Made by a program: the position numbers and the translations under genes. 64,000 nt of DNA, taken from positions 32,001 to 96,000 of IMG/VR virus record IMGVR_UViG_3300042881_003464; one strand, given 5' to 3'. The notes below the pieces were generated by a model. The model was not told the origin of the DNA. It saw nothing but the letters and a program-made list of their open reading frames with translations, and searched no databases. Below, piece by piece: positions 19,392 to 30,534 of this stretch (position 1 is the first letter of the stretch; each line of letters opens with the position of its first letter). Source of the DNA: a virus.

Positions 19392-20317
19392 GATGGAACT
19401 CTATATCTAATTACAACTATACCTGCTGTACCTGCGCCTTGACTACCGCCAGTTGCTCCTGTGCCATATCCACTACCGGCCCATCCAGCCCAGGTATAAC
19501 TAGGTCCTGCTGCGGTGCCGCTTTGCCCGCCGTTGTTGCCATTGGCTGAATATACCACTGATACTCCTGATGCTACGTTGCTACCACCGCCGCTGGTATT
19601 GCCGCCATTTTGTCCGTTGCCACCAAACCAACCACCGCCACCAGCTCCATATCCACCGCCATCACCGCCGCCATATCCAAAGCCGGCTTGGCCTGATAGT
19701 GTGCCTGTGTTGCCAATTCCTTGCACGTTGCCGCCGCACGCTGGCGAATCATTTGCTGGTCCTTCATTTGATCCACCACCTCCGGCACCGCCTCCTGCTA
19801 CCACTCTAGCGCCGCTTAGATCCACTGTGGAGAAAAATAAACCGCTAAGGCCACCACTACCACCGCCACCTCCTGAACAACAGCTGGAGCCAGCAGCGCC
19901 GCCTGCTGCGCCAAAATTAGCACCTGCACTACCGTTGCAACCACCGCAGCAACAGCCAGTGCCACCACCTCCACCACCGCCTACACTTGCATACCAAGTG
20001 CCTGCTACCGCAGTGACATTGGCTACCATGATTGCACCAGCTCCGCCACCTGCACCATTGGGACCATCATTTCCGCCAGCTCCGCCACCTGCACCCACAC
20101 ACAGCACTTCTAGAGTGTTGAAATCTGATGAACCTGTGCTGGAGATCGTAAAAGTTGTGTTGCCTGTGGAAGTAAAGGTATGCACTTTGTAATTAAACCC
20201 GCCGCTGGACACTGTGCTTTCAGTGCCACCTGTGGCCACAATCGCGCTGATGTTGGTGGTCATTGTGGCGTTGGCCATTGTGTATTTTTGCGATGTTCCA
20301 ATCAATCCAACAGTCAT
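19388..20317 (-). CDS. Glycine-rich adhesin-like virion protein
   Basis: ATGG...YKVHTFT, VGAGGGAG, GIVVIRY; Cys clusters CCC and CC. Confidence 0.7.
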   Translation of the reverse strand: MTVGLIGTSQKYTMANATMTTNISAIVATGGTESTVSSGGFNYKVHTFTSTGNTTFTISSTGSSDFNTLEVLCVGAGGGAGGNDGPNGAGGGAGAIMVANVTAVAGTWYASVGGGGGGGTGCCCGGCNGSAGANFGAAGGAAGSSCCSGGGGGSGGLSGLFFSTVDLSGARVVAGGGAGGGGSNEGPANDSPACGGNVQGIGNTGTLSGQAGFGYGGGDGGGYGAGGGGWFGGNGQNGGNTSGGGSNVASGVSVVYSANGNNGGQSGTAAGPSYTWAGWAGSGYGTGATGGSQGAGTAGIVVIRYRVPS

Positions 20318-21219
20318 CTTATGTACACCTCTACTCTGGCTGAACGATTAATACCAGTTGTGTCTTGACAACAATTAATTCTGTCCCCGGCACTAAAACT
20401 TCCAAAACTTGAATCCATGCCTATGCCACCGCTGACATCGTCAGAACCTGGGGCACCGCCTGACGCCAAAGTTGATGGTCCTGTGTAATTGCCTTCGCCG
20501 TTTTCATTCCATCCAAATCCCCACCTAACATTTGCTTGAGTGCCATAATTTTTATTGTTTTTAAAGTTGAATCCATAGAAATTGATATCTGCCTGACTTG
20601 AAAAAATACCATTGCCCCAGTTAGAAGAACTTTTTGCCAGACCTGTAAAATACCCGCCATAATTACCAGAATCATTTACTGTACCAGTATTATAAGTACC
20701 TTGGGTATTAAAGAAGTTAACAAGTGTAGTAGCTGTGCCTGCAAAAAAATTGTTTTGTAACCAACTCCAACAACTGTAAGGATTAGATCCTAGGCCACCA
20801 CCATTGGTACCAATGTCCGGCCAAAGAGCCATGATGTCTTTAGCAGCAAAGTAATTCATGGTATTAAATTTAGCATCCCCATTGTTGCGATTATTTTCTG
20901 TGGGGTTGAGTGTGTTGATAGTGTTCCAATAGTTTGCGCTGTAATTAAATGTGGTTCCTGTTGTGGCTTTCATGGCCATCATCCAGCCTCCACCGTTAGC
21001 CGAAGAGTTCATCAAACAGTAAACTTCGGTGGGCCCAACAGTGGGCAAATTTATCCAGTAGACTCCGTCGGTGTTTGTTCCTGTAAGCGATTTGATAGCA
21101 GCAGCACTCACAGCGGCCTTGGCCGCTGATGAACCATCGTTTAATACTTGTCCAATAAAGTATGGTCCACCTTGAGCTCCAATGGCTATGTTGGCATTAC
21201 CTAGGAACTTCACTGACAT
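20314..21219 (-). CDS. Fibrinogen-like domain protein
   Basis: DGVYWI..VYCLM...GGGWM motif of fibrinogen/intelectin-type N-terminal subdomain. Confidence 0.7.
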   Translation of the reverse strand: MSVKFLGNANIAIGAQGGPYFIGQVLNDGSSAAKAAVSAAAIKSLTGTNTDGVYWINLPTVGPTEVYCLMNSSANGGGWMMAMKATTGTTFNYSANYWNTINTLNPTENNRNNGDAKFNTMNYFAAKDIMALWPDIGTNGGGLGSNPYSCWSWLQNNFFAGTATTLVNFFNTQGTYNTGTVNDSGNYGGYFTGLAKSSSNWGNGIFSSQADINFYGFNFKNNKNYGTQANVRWGFGWNENGEGNYTGPSTLASGGAPGSDDVSGGIGMDSSFGSFSAGDRINCCQDTTGINRSARVEVYIR

Positions 21220-21548
21220 TAGGTAATCTCCGACCCAAACACATTAACAGCAATGTTTGCAGTTGAGCAGTTTGCTCTTATGGTATCTCCTGCTCCCAAG
21301 GTCACACCAAGAGTCAACGCTAGACTATTTTGAGTACTCACAGCAATGTTGTTGGCAATCTGCTGACTGGCTGTCCAGGTAGCATTACCTACATGCACAG
21401 ACAATGACACGTTGCTTGTAGTGGCACCAAAATTTGCACAGGTAATCGTGCTGACCACTGCTTGGGTGTTAGCTGGCACGGTATACACAGTGGTCAAAGT
21501 TGTTGCACTAGGGTTTGACTGTCCTAATATTTTATAGTTTGTTGGCAT
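21219..21548 (-). CDS. Small virion protein
   Basis: YKILGQ..P..TT..YTVP..VST...N..FGSEI. Confidence 0.65.
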   Translation of the reverse strand: MPTNYKILGQSNPSATTLTTVYTVPANTQAVVSTITCANFGATTSNVSLSVHVGNATWTASQQIANNIAVSTQNSLALTLGVTLGAGDTIRANCSTANIAVNVFGSEIT

Positions 21549-21549
21549 T

Positions 21550-24500
21550 TTACATTCCTGCTAATAAAAATGGGTTGAGTATACCAGCACCTGAAATGTT
21601 GCCAGTAATTGATACATTACTTACGGTCATTACAGAAGTATCAATAGAAATTGGGACACCTGTACTACCTGCTGCGTCTTGATAGAACACACGGAAGCTA
21701 TTTGCAGAGTTGACGTCAATATTCCAGGTTGAGTTGCCTTGCCCTGTAAGCCCTGAGACCCCTTTCCATCCTAGAACAACCTGTCCACCTTCTGGTGCCC
21801 CTGTGAAAGAATTTATTATGATGTTGTTGTTGGCGCTTACTAAACCAGTGGTGTAGATTCCATTGTCAGAAATCACCAAAACATTTGCCGACGAACCAAC
21901 ATTTGCTGCGATGTTTCCGCTTGAAGTTGTGACTCTTAGGTTAGATGAGCCGCTGTTGATATTTGCTACGCTAGTAATCACACCTGTGAGCAATGCGCCG
22001 TTACCAAAGATGTAGTTTCCTGTAACGTTGCCCGTAGCCGTTAATGCACCTGATGCGATAACATTGTTGGCATAGATATTGTTCCACTGTAGACTTGAAC
22101 TACCAATGTCATAAGAAGCATTAGCTGCGGGCAACAAATTAGCACTAACGTTGCCAAAAGGATTACCGTTTTCAATACTGTACACAGAAGCCATCTGTGC
22201 CCACTGGCTACCAGATCCATCGTCAAAGTATAGATACAGAGTACCATCAACAACGTCAATCCATTGATCACCAATGCTGGGATTAGGAGGTGCTGAAGCC
22301 CCAACTGTGAGTGTACCACCAGCTGCTAATCCATATTCAAACACCCCTAGATCGTATGCTGATGTCACTGCATCTGTGATCAAGCCATTGTCTGTGATGC
22401 TGGTGGTTCCTTGAGTAACCAAGCCGGCATCGCCACCTGCACCCCATAGTGTACCATCATTGGTGCTGCCAATGATACTGATCACTATGTTACCAGTGAC
22501 AGCATTGCCCAACATGTTGATACCGTTGCCACTTTGTAACTGTAGATTACCTGAGCTATTGCTGGCGATCAGTACTGCATTACCTGTGCTGTTGCCTGTA
22601 ACATTACCTTGTAAATTGATTATACTGTACACCGACGATGCTGTGGCGATGCCTGTCATGTTTACCGCATTACCAAAATAGTAATTGGCAGTGATGTTAC
22701 CGCTGGCCACAATACCCGATGTATCAATATTTCCTGTCACATTGGCGTTGGCAGCTTCAAGCATACCAACCTGAAAATTACCATAACTGTTCACAGTGAC
22801 CAGTTCATTGGTAATAGTAACATTGGTAGCTGCAATCAGTCGGTTGCCGCTGTTGTCATAGCCAACAAAGGCAGATTTTTCTGAGCCAGAGTAATACCAA
22901 AGCTGAGTTCCGCGATCTTTACCATCATCTACTGTGAGCGGCGTGTTATTAGCGCCACGTCCTAGGCCAATTATGGGATCTTCAACGTTTAGTTCAGTAA
23001 CGTTTACATAGGTTGTGTTGCCAGATACTGTTAGGTTGCCACCAATCACAGCATCACCAGCAGTGACCAAATTGCCGCCTGTGACATTGCCAGTGGCTGA
23101 TACTGCGCCTGTGGTACTAATGTTTCCACCAGATAGGTTGCCAACCGCTGTGGCATTGCCTGTGACCTCTAGTGTGGCCACATTTGCCAAACCAGCTGTG
23201 GTAATGTTACCACCTGTAATGTTACCAGTGGCGTCAACTGCTCCTGTGGTGGTGATATTAGCTCCGCTGACATTGCCTGTGGCAATCACAGCAGCATTTG
23301 ACAGCACATTTGCACCCGTTATATTACCATTGGCTGTGATGGCTGTGGTTGCACTCACAGCACCATTGGCAAAGAAGTTTAATGCAGTAACATTGGCAGT
23401 GGCATTGATTGATCCACCTGTGGAAATATTACCAGCTGCCAAATTACCAGTAGCATCAACGTTGCCGCTGGTCACTAGATTTCCGCCTGACACATTGCCT
23501 GTGGCTAGAACCACACCAGTGGTGTTTAGATTACCACCGCTAACATTGCCAGTCGCAGATATTGTATTAGCTGTTACAGCATTTGATGCTGATACATTGT
23601 TGCCACTGACATTTGCGCTGGCCACTAGATTAGCAGCGTTTACACTGCCAGTTACATTGGCTTCTCCTGTGACATATAGACCTGTGTTGGCAAACACAGC
23701 CACATTGCTAGTGCCATCAATGTTGACTGTGGCATTGCCATTTGCAGACACAATTTTTACGTTGCTCGTACCATTTGCAATTAATGTGGTGTCAATGCCA
23801 GTGAGCAGGGCACCGTTGCCAATAAAGTAGCTGGCATGCACGTTGCCAGTGACCACAACTTGTCCAGAAGAAATTAAGTTTGCACCAGAAATATTAGCAG
23901 TGGCATTGATGTTGCCTAGACTGTTTACGTTGCCAGCACCTACATTGCCTGTGGCCTGTACTTCTTCAGTGGTTGAAATATTACCGCTGACAATCAAAAA
24001 TGACAGAGTACCAACTTGTGTAATGTTGCTTTGGACTCCGTCTGTGACTGTGTTAGCTGTGTTTGCATGACCAGTGATATCTATACCATAGGTGCCAGAC
24101 ATTCTAGCACTTGGCACTGTGCCTGACGCTAGACTTGATGCATTTGCGTTACCAATGAATTCTGCTGCTGTGACTTTGTTGGTTACACCAAGGTTACCAG
24201 AAACATTGGCCCCGTCTGTAGTAATAGCAAACACATTGGCTACACCACCCACATTGGCAAGAATGTTACCGCCAGAGCTTTCAATTCTTAGATTTGAAGA
24301 GCCATCGTTGATATTGGCCACACTGGTAATCACGCCAGTCAACAGAGCACCGTTGCCAAGAATATAGTTGCCGCTGACATTGCCCGATGCGGTGACATTA
24401 GCTATGGCATAAACATCAGTCCCTGATTCAATGTAGTTTGCATAGACATTGGCATTGGAAATCAAGTCATAAGAAGTTTCAATTGCCCCGTTGGCTCTAA

Positions 24501-27500
24501 ATATCCATGAATGCTGATTTCCTGCTTGTGTATTAGTCTCAATGTTCACGCCGGTATAATTCACATACAACCAGGCGTAGTCATCATTACCAGCAGGATT
24601 CAAATTTGCAATATTGCTGGTCCAATACAACTGTGCATAATTGTTTGAATTGATGCTGACATATTGACCATCTGCCGGTGTGATCCACAGTGGCGCAGAC
24701 TCAGTTTTGATATTAGCAGTAACGTTATTACCAAGTATCAGACCTTGGTCAGTTATAGTAATGACATTAGCTGTGCCGTTGACATTGGCTTGAATGTTGC
24801 CGTTGGCAGTTTCAATTCTTACATTTGATGTGCCATTGTTTATGTTAGCAACTGATGTAATGATGCCTGTTAGATAGTAACCGTTGCCCAAGAAGTAATT
24901 GCCGCTGATGTTACCATTGGCTGTGAGATTACCACTCAAGGTCATGCCTTGAACATCAATGTTGCCTGTTAATGTTACTAGATTGCTGGATTTATCAAAC
25001 TGGAAAGCTGTGACTGAATTCGCAATACTGTCATCATTAAACACCACACCACGATTAGGACCTTGTACAGCAAGATTACCTGAAATGTTACCTATTAGGT
25101 TGCCAATAAAATATGGAGCAGTTACATTGCCTGTGGCATACACAGGCCCTGATACAGCAAATCCGTTACCATGTTGGAATCTACCTATCTCATCACCGGT
25201 GTTTGCACCACCGGTTGAGAATATGATATCATTGTTTTCCAAGGTGCTGAGCACAAGATTACCGCCGCCGGTGGTGGTGTTTCCCGCAACATAAAGATAA
25301 CCATCGTTAACACCCTGTAATGCAAACGCAGGCTGGTTATAACCAGAACTGTTGATACCCATGTCAATATAGGTATCGTTGTCAGTGCCATTGTCAGCAG
25401 TGGCTACAAAGTCTGTGCTGGCCGCGGATCCGTTGTCTTTGTTTTGTGCTACTAATTGTACATAATTGTTAGCACTGCCAGCATATTGGAGGTTGGCATA
25501 GGCAGCACTAAAACTCAAATCTTGACCAACACGTACATTACCAATTGCACTTAGATTGCCTGAAATATTAGCAAATCCAGTTACAGTGAGATTGCCAGTT
25601 GCCACAGTGCCCGCAATGTTGGCCAATCCATTGCTGTTAATGTTTCCACCTGTGATATTTCCTGTTGCGTTAATTGTTGTGGCTGCTAGAAAACTGTTGG
25701 CAGATATATTGTTGGCGGTGATGTTGCCATTGACAATCAAACTTGTACCAGTGGCTGCTCCAATATTGGGCGTTGTCAAATTTGCACTGGCCTTGACAAC
25801 AATATTACCAGTGCCATCAAACGCTGTGGTATCGTTGTCTACCTTGGCTGTGATAATTGTGCCTGCTACATTTATGCCATTTCCACCAGTGTAAACCTGT
25901 GTGCTGCTAAACTGAGCAAATGCAATGTTGCTGGTACCAAAAGTAATTACACCGGTTGGCGAATCAACGATGTAGGCTGAGCCTTTGTTGACGTTACCTG
26001 ATGACACATAGAAATAATCATTGATAGCAAGTGTATTAGCACTGGCTACCCCATAAGTATCAGTATCTGAACTACGAGTAATCACTGTGGCGTTAGACCA
26101 AACATAGACACCGTTTAGTACCGCATTCGCTTCGTCTTTTACTAAGATTCTTGTGTTTGCTGTTTGTACATTTGCCGTATCAATCAGGTTAAATGATCCG
26201 GTTGTGGTAATTGTAGCGCCTACTCCGTTACCTGCTCCGTTGGGCTGTGAATAGGTAATTGTGCCACCTGTGGTGGTAGCCAAGTTAGCAGTGGTAGCTG
26301 CTACTACTGCCTCGTGATATGAGATAGCAGTACTCACCAAGTTATCAACATAGATCTTGGTTGCTGCATCTTGATCTTGTATAGGATTTGCAACACTGTT
26401 AATATAGTTGTTATCTAAGACAATGTTGCCAGTGCCTCCTGGATTCAACTCAATGTTATTGTTGCCGCTTGTGGTAATTACAATACCAGTAGAGCTGTTG
26501 ATATTGGCTGTGACAATATTAGCAGCAATCACATTAGCGGTGGTGTTTATGTTACCAGTTGCAACAACTTGTCCACTGGTAATTAGATTACCACCTGTGA
26601 CATTGCCAGTAGCAACAACTTGCCCAGCAGTGTTTAAATTTCCGCCAGTGACATTACTGGTTGCTGTCACGGCACCACCAACTGTTAAATTGCTGGTTAC
26701 ATTGGCATAACCTGCCACATCAAGATTACCTTGGCCGTCTTTGCCAACTTGCAAATTATTCTCAATGCCTACACTGCCAATTTCACCGTTGTTGACCAAT
26801 ACAATAGCAGTGTCACCGTTTTGGCTGTAAATATAACCGCCATTAACAATGATGTTACCACTGATCAAACTAACATTACCTGGTTCAAACAACAAGCCAG
26901 TGGTAGTTCCGGTGGTTATTTTGTTGCCAAGAATCTCAACATTGGCAGCGGCAATGATGTTGTTGCCATAGATGTTGCCAGTGACATTGGCTAAGCCGGC
27001 TGTGATCAAGTTACCACCAGTTATGTTACCTGTGGCTATTAGTTGTCCTGTGCTGCTGACATTGCCAGCATTGACATTGCCGCTAATATTAGCAGATGTA
27101 GCTGTGATTAGCTGTGTGGCAGATATGTTGTTGCCTGAAATATTAGCCGCACTTGTAATACTACCAGTAGCATCAATCAATCCAGCAGTGATTAAGTTGC
27201 CACCAGTAACATTGCCGGTAGCTGTGATCACGGCGTTTGAAACTAGATTTCCTCCAGTAACAGTGCCGTTGGCATTGATCAACCCTGCTGTGGCAATATT
27301 ACCGCCAGATAAGTTTCCTGTTACAGTTAAGGTTTGAGCAAAGGTCACAGGACCTGACACAGACATTGCACCAATGTTGGCGTTGCCTGCCCAGACATTT
27401 CTCCATTGGAAAGTGCTGGTTCCCAGTGTGTAGGTATTGCTGAATCTTGGATTTGCACTACCCCAAATAACCAAATTGTTTGTGGCAGGTGTAAGATTCA

Positions 27501-30483
27501 GGTCTGATCCACCAAGACTGCTGACATAACCAGTGATCAAGGTACCAGCAGCATTGGTCAAACTAATAGTAGGACCGGCTTTGTCAAACGTAAACAAAGC
27601 ACTGCTTGATATTAGACCATTGTCATTGAACATGACCTGTCTATTTGCTCCTGCTGCAACAAAATTGCCAGATATGTTGGCACTGCTTGTGATATTGCCT
27701 GTGGCTGACACTATGCCAGCCGTGATTAAATTGCCACCAGTGATGTTACTAGAGGCTGTGATCAAACCTGGTGTAGTGATATTACCGCTGGCTATGTTGC
27801 CAGTAACATTTACATTGCTGGTGATGTTGCCTGTGAAACTTGTAGTACCGGTTACTGCTAGAGTACCAAGATTAGCAGTACCAGCGGTTGTGATATTTCC
27901 ACCAATGATATTGCCAGACGCTGTGACCACATTGGACGATTTGTCAAAAGTAAACGCAGCACTACCTGCTAGAACATCGTTGTCATTGAACTGTATTTGG
28001 GTGTTCGCACCACCGGCATCAATGTTACCTTGGATATTTCCAATAAAGGTGTGCGCTGTAACATTACCAGTAAACGTGGCAGCAGTGGCTAGTACATTGT
28101 TAGCATTGACATTGCCGCTGGCTGTGACGTTTTCTGTGGTGACATTTTTAACAAAAGCGTTGCCAAAATAAGACGTAGCGTTACCAATTGAACCAGTGGC
28201 ATTGGTGCCAAAATTAACAATAGCCTGTGGTTGATTTCCAGTCACTGCCAGGCGGTATGCACCAGCTAGACCATTTTCGTTGTTGTAATTTAAAGTGAGA
28301 TTTCTTGAGCCGTTTGGTCCCAATAGATATCCACTGCCGCCAATTTGCACACCACTCAAAGCATCATAGCCGGTATCAGGAATCAGACTAATACTGCCAT
28401 TGTTGGTTATACGAGAATTAGATCCTGTTCCTGTCCAGCCAAATTGAGCTGCTGTGATTACATTGCCGGCGCTGACGTTGCCTGTGGCTGTGGCAGTTTG
28501 AATTGATAGATTGCCTGCTTCAACGTTGCCAAAATTATTAACAGTGACTATCTCACCGGTGATTGATACATCTTTGGCCAACAGCAAGTTACCTGAACTG
28601 TTGTCATATCCAAAGAAAGCAGATTTCTCACTGCCAGAATAATACCAAAGCTGAGTGCCTCTATCTTTACCATCATTGTTGGTCAACGGAGTGTTGTTGA
28701 CGCCTCGACCAAGAGCAATTATAGGATCTTCAACATTTAGGTCTTCAACGTTTACATAGACTAGATTGCCATTGACACTAAGATTACCATCAATCTGTGC
28801 ATCTGAAGTTACAGTTAGAATACCACCAACCAATAGGTTACCAGCTACATCAATTGAGTTGGCGGTGACCTTTCCTGTGGTGTTTATATTTGCGCCACTG
28901 ACATTGCCAGTGGCCACAACCTGTCCTGTGGTGTTTATATTTCCGCCACTGACATTGCCTGTGGCTGATACCACACCTGTGGTGTTGATGTTTGCACCAC
29001 TGATGTTGCTAGAACTAGTGATGGCACCCGTAGCAGCAACTTGACCTGGTGTACTGATGTTGCCGGCAGCAACATTGCCAGTGATGTTTAGATTACTAGT
29101 GACATTTCCTGCGAAGCTTGAAGTATTGGCTACAATCAAAGTGCCAAGATTGGCAGTGCCAGCGGTAGTGATATTACCACCAGTGATGTTGCCTGTGGCT
29201 GATACAACACCCACGGTGTTAAGATTGCCACCAGTGATGTTACCTGTGGCTGATACAACACCCACGGTGTTTAAATTAGATCCTGTGACATTACCCAAAG
29301 CACTGACTAGACCAGTGGTGTTGATATTAGCGCCACTAACATTGCCTAGAGCACTTACAACTCCAGTGGTGTTAAAGTTGGCTCCGCCCACATTGCCTGA
29401 AGCTGATAGCACTCCAGCAGTGATCAAATTACCACCAGTGATGTTGCCAGTGACAGATGCCACGCCAGAGGCATTCAAAGACACTGCTGATAGATTAGCA
29501 GATGCAATTAGATTGGCAGCTGATAGATTTCCAGACACAACTGCTGCATTGGTACTTTTGTCAAAGGTAAAACCATTGCTGCTGTTGGCCAAACCAGAAT
29601 CATTAAACACCACACCTGTGTTGCTGCCAGGCACTGTGAGGTTGCCACTGATATTACCTGCGAAATTGCCTAGGAAATATGAAGCAGTGATATTGCCAGC
29701 AGCAGTGATGGTACTATCAGATACAGTGACATTGCCAGTTTTTAAAATGTTACCAGTGATATTGCCAGTGGCCAGCACAGTGAGTGATGACACTGTGTTA
29801 CTTGCTGTTAAATTAGTGGTGTTAACTGTGACTGCATTAACGTTGCCAATGTTGGCAGTGCCATTGGCAGCTGAAATTGTACTGACTGTTAGCAGTGGAG
29901 TTGATACTAGACTTGACGCGGTAACAGTGTTAGCCTGAACATCAGTTGCCACCAAACTCTGTGACACATTGATATTGCCATTTAGATTTAGACCACTGGG
30001 AGTCACAGTAACTACATTGGTACCAGTGACTGTGAGAGTGATATTGCCGTTTACATTGGCAATGCTTAGATTGGTGTTTCCCCAGATCAATGCGCGAGGA
30101 GCTTCGGCAACAATACCTGTTAACAGACTACCATTACCAATAAAGTAGTTGCCAGTGATATTACCTACGCTATCAAATCCACCTGTGCCTAGATATAATG
30201 TGTTGTAACGTGCGCTGGGAGTGCCAAGATCATACACATTGTCCAGTCTTGGCATCACTGTGCTGTTGGTTTGTACTACCCCAATTCCGCGAGGCGCAAG
30301 TATTATGTTGCCATTGAGCTGGGAAGTAGAAATCGTGTTGTTGGCAATCTGTATGTTGCTGCCAACAGGACCAGCCTGATAAATTTCAGTGAAATTCTCG
30401 TTGGTCTTAATAAACGCAGTGCGTAATGGATCACCATCACCATTGTCTGGCTGCGATCCTACGTTGATTATTTGCTGTGCCAT
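21550..30483 (-). CDS. Giant tail fibre protein (2977 aa)
   Basis: N-terminal IINVGS.PDNG.GDPLR.AF.K.N.NF.E baseplate-attachment motif; dozens of (A/T)GN(I/V)(T/S)G(G/A)N repeats; late promoter at ~30507. Confidence 0.85.
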   Translation of the reverse strand: MAQQIINVGSQPDNGDGDPLRTAFIKTNENFTEIYQAGPVGSNIQIANNTISTSQLNGNIILAPRGIGVVQTNSTVMPRLDNVYDLGTPSARYNTLYLGTGGFDSVGNITGNYFIGNGSLLTGIVAEAPRALIWGNTNLSIANVNGNITLTVTGTNVVTVTPSGLNLNGNINVSQSLVATDVQANTVTASSLVSTPLLTVSTISAANGTANIGNVNAVTVNTTNLTASNTVSSLTVLATGNITGNILKTGNVTVSDSTITAAGNITASYFLGNFAGNISGNLTVPGSNTGVVFNDSGLANSSNGFTFDKSTNAAVVSGNLSAANLIASANLSAVSLNASGVASVTGNITGGNLITAGVLSASGNVGGANFNTTGVVSALGNVSGANINTTGLVSALGNVTGSNLNTVGVVSATGNITGGNLNTVGVVSATGNITGGNITTAGTANLGTLIVANTSSFAGNVTSNLNITGNVAAGNISTPGQVAATGAITSSSNISGANINTTGVVSATGNVSGGNINTTGQVVATGNVSGANINTTGKVTANSIDVAGNLLVGGILTVTSDAQIDGNLSVNGNLVYVNVEDLNVEDPIIALGRGVNNTPLTNNDGKDRGTQLWYYSGSEKSAFFGYDNSSGNLLLAKDVSITGEIVTVNNFGNVEAGNLSIQTATATGNVSAGNVITAAQFGWTGTGSNSRITNNGSISLIPDTGYDALSGVQIGGSGYLLGPNGSRNLTLNYNNENGLAGAYRLAVTGNQPQAIVNFGTNATGSIGNATSYFGNAFVKNVTTENVTASGNVNANNVLATAATFTGNVTAHTFIGNIQGNIDAGGANTQIQFNDNDVLAGSAAFTFDKSSNVVTASGNIIGGNITTAGTANLGTLAVTGTTSFTGNITSNVNVTGNIASGNITTPGLITASSNITGGNLITAGIVSATGNITSSANISGNFVAAGANRQVMFNDNGLISSSALFTFDKAGPTISLTNAAGTLITGYVSSLGGSDLNLTPATNNLVIWGSANPRFSNTYTLGTSTFQWRNVWAGNANIGAMSVSGPVTFAQTLTVTGNLSGGNIATAGLINANGTVTGGNLVSNAVITATGNVTGGNLITAGLIDATGSITSAANISGNNISATQLITATSANISGNVNAGNVSSTGQLIATGNITGGNLITAGLANVTGNIYGNNIIAAANVEILGNKITTGTTTGLLFEPGNVSLISGNIIVNGGYIYSQNGDTAIVLVNNGEIGSVGIENNLQVGKDGQGNLDVAGYANVTSNLTVGGAVTATSNVTGGNLNTAGQVVATGNVTGGNLITSGQVVATGNINTTANVIAANIVTANINSSTGIVITTSGNNNIELNPGGTGNIVLDNNYINSVANPIQDQDAATKIYVDNLVSTAISYHEAVVAATTANLATTTGGTITYSQPNGAGNGVGATITTTGSFNLIDTANVQTANTRILVKDEANAVLNGVYVWSNATVITRSSDTDTYGVASANTLAINDYFYVSSGNVNKGSAYIVDSPTGVITFGTSNIAFAQFSSTQVYTGGNGINVAGTIITAKVDNDTTAFDGTGNIVVKASANLTTPNIGAATGTSLIVNGNITANNISANSFLAATTINATGNITGGNINSNGLANIAGTVATGNLTVTGFANISGNLSAIGNVRVGQDLSFSAAYANLQYAGSANNYVQLVAQNKDNGSAASTDFVATADNGTDNDTYIDMGINSSGYNQPAFALQGVNDGYLYVAGNTTTGGGNLVLSTLENNDIIFSTGGANTGDEIGRFQHGNGFAVSGPVYATGNVTAPYFIGNLIGNISGNLAVQGPNRGVVFNDDSIANSVTAFQFDKSSNLVTLTGNIDVQGMTLSGNLTANGNISGNYFLGNGYYLTGIITSVANINNGTSNVRIETANGNIQANVNGTANVITITDQGLILGNNVTANIKTESAPLWITPADGQYVSINSNNYAQLYWTSNIANLNPAGNDDYAWLYVNYTGVNIETNTQAGNQHSWIFRANGAIETSYDLISNANVYANYIESGTDVYAIANVTASGNVSGNYILGNGALLTGVITSVANINDGSSNLRIESSGGNILANVGGVANVFAITTDGANVSGNLGVTNKVTAAEFIGNANASSLASGTVPSARMSGTYGIDITGHANTANTVTDGVQSNITQVGTLSFLIVSGNISTTEEVQATGNVGAGNVNSLGNINATANISGANLISSGQVVVTGNVHASYFIGNGALLTGIDTTLIANGTSNVKIVSANGNATVNIDGTSNVAVFANTGLYVTGEANVTGSVNAANLVASANVSGNNVSASNAVTANTISATGNVSGGNLNTTGVVLATGNVSGGNLVTSGNVDATGNLAAGNISTGGSINATANVTALNFFANGAVSATTAITANGNITGANVLSNAAVIATGNVSGANITTTGAVDATGNITGGNITTAGLANVATLEVTGNATAVGNLSGGNISTTGAVSATGNVTGGNLVTAGDAVIGGNLTVSGNTTYVNVTELNVEDPIIGLGRGANNTPLTVDDGKDRGTQLWYYSGSEKSAFVGYDNSGNRLIAATNVTITNELVTVNSYGNFQVGMLEAANANVTGNIDTSGIVASGNITANYYFGNAVNMTGIATASSVYSIINLQGNVTGNSTGNAVLIASNSSGNLQLQSGNGINMLGNAVTGNIVISIIGSTNDGTLWGAGGDAGLVTQGTTSITDNGLITDAVTSAYDLGVFEYGLAAGGTLTVGASAPPNPSIGDQWIDVVDGTLYLYFDDGSGSQWAQMASVYSIENGNPFGNVSANLLPAANASYDIGSSSLQWNNIYANNVIASGALTATGNVTGNYIFGNGALLTGVITSVANINSGSSNLRVTTSSGNIAANVGSSANVLVISDNGIYTTGLVSANNNIIINSFTGAPEGGQVVLGWKGVSGLTGQGNSTWNIDVNSANSFRVFYQDAAGSTGVPISIDTSVMTVSNVSITGNISGAGILNPFLLAGM

Positions 30484-30534
30484 CTCTGTCCTAGTTCCCG
30501 ATTTAATATTTATCGTGAACAGAGATTTGGCATT

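Noticed and set aside
22460-29938. Many plus-strand ORFs (MLPVT.. type) in the ORF track
   Set aside because: They are antisense shadows of the repetitive fibre gene; the same applies to the Pro-rich ORFs at 17081 and 19515 and the Ser-rich ORF at 40553.
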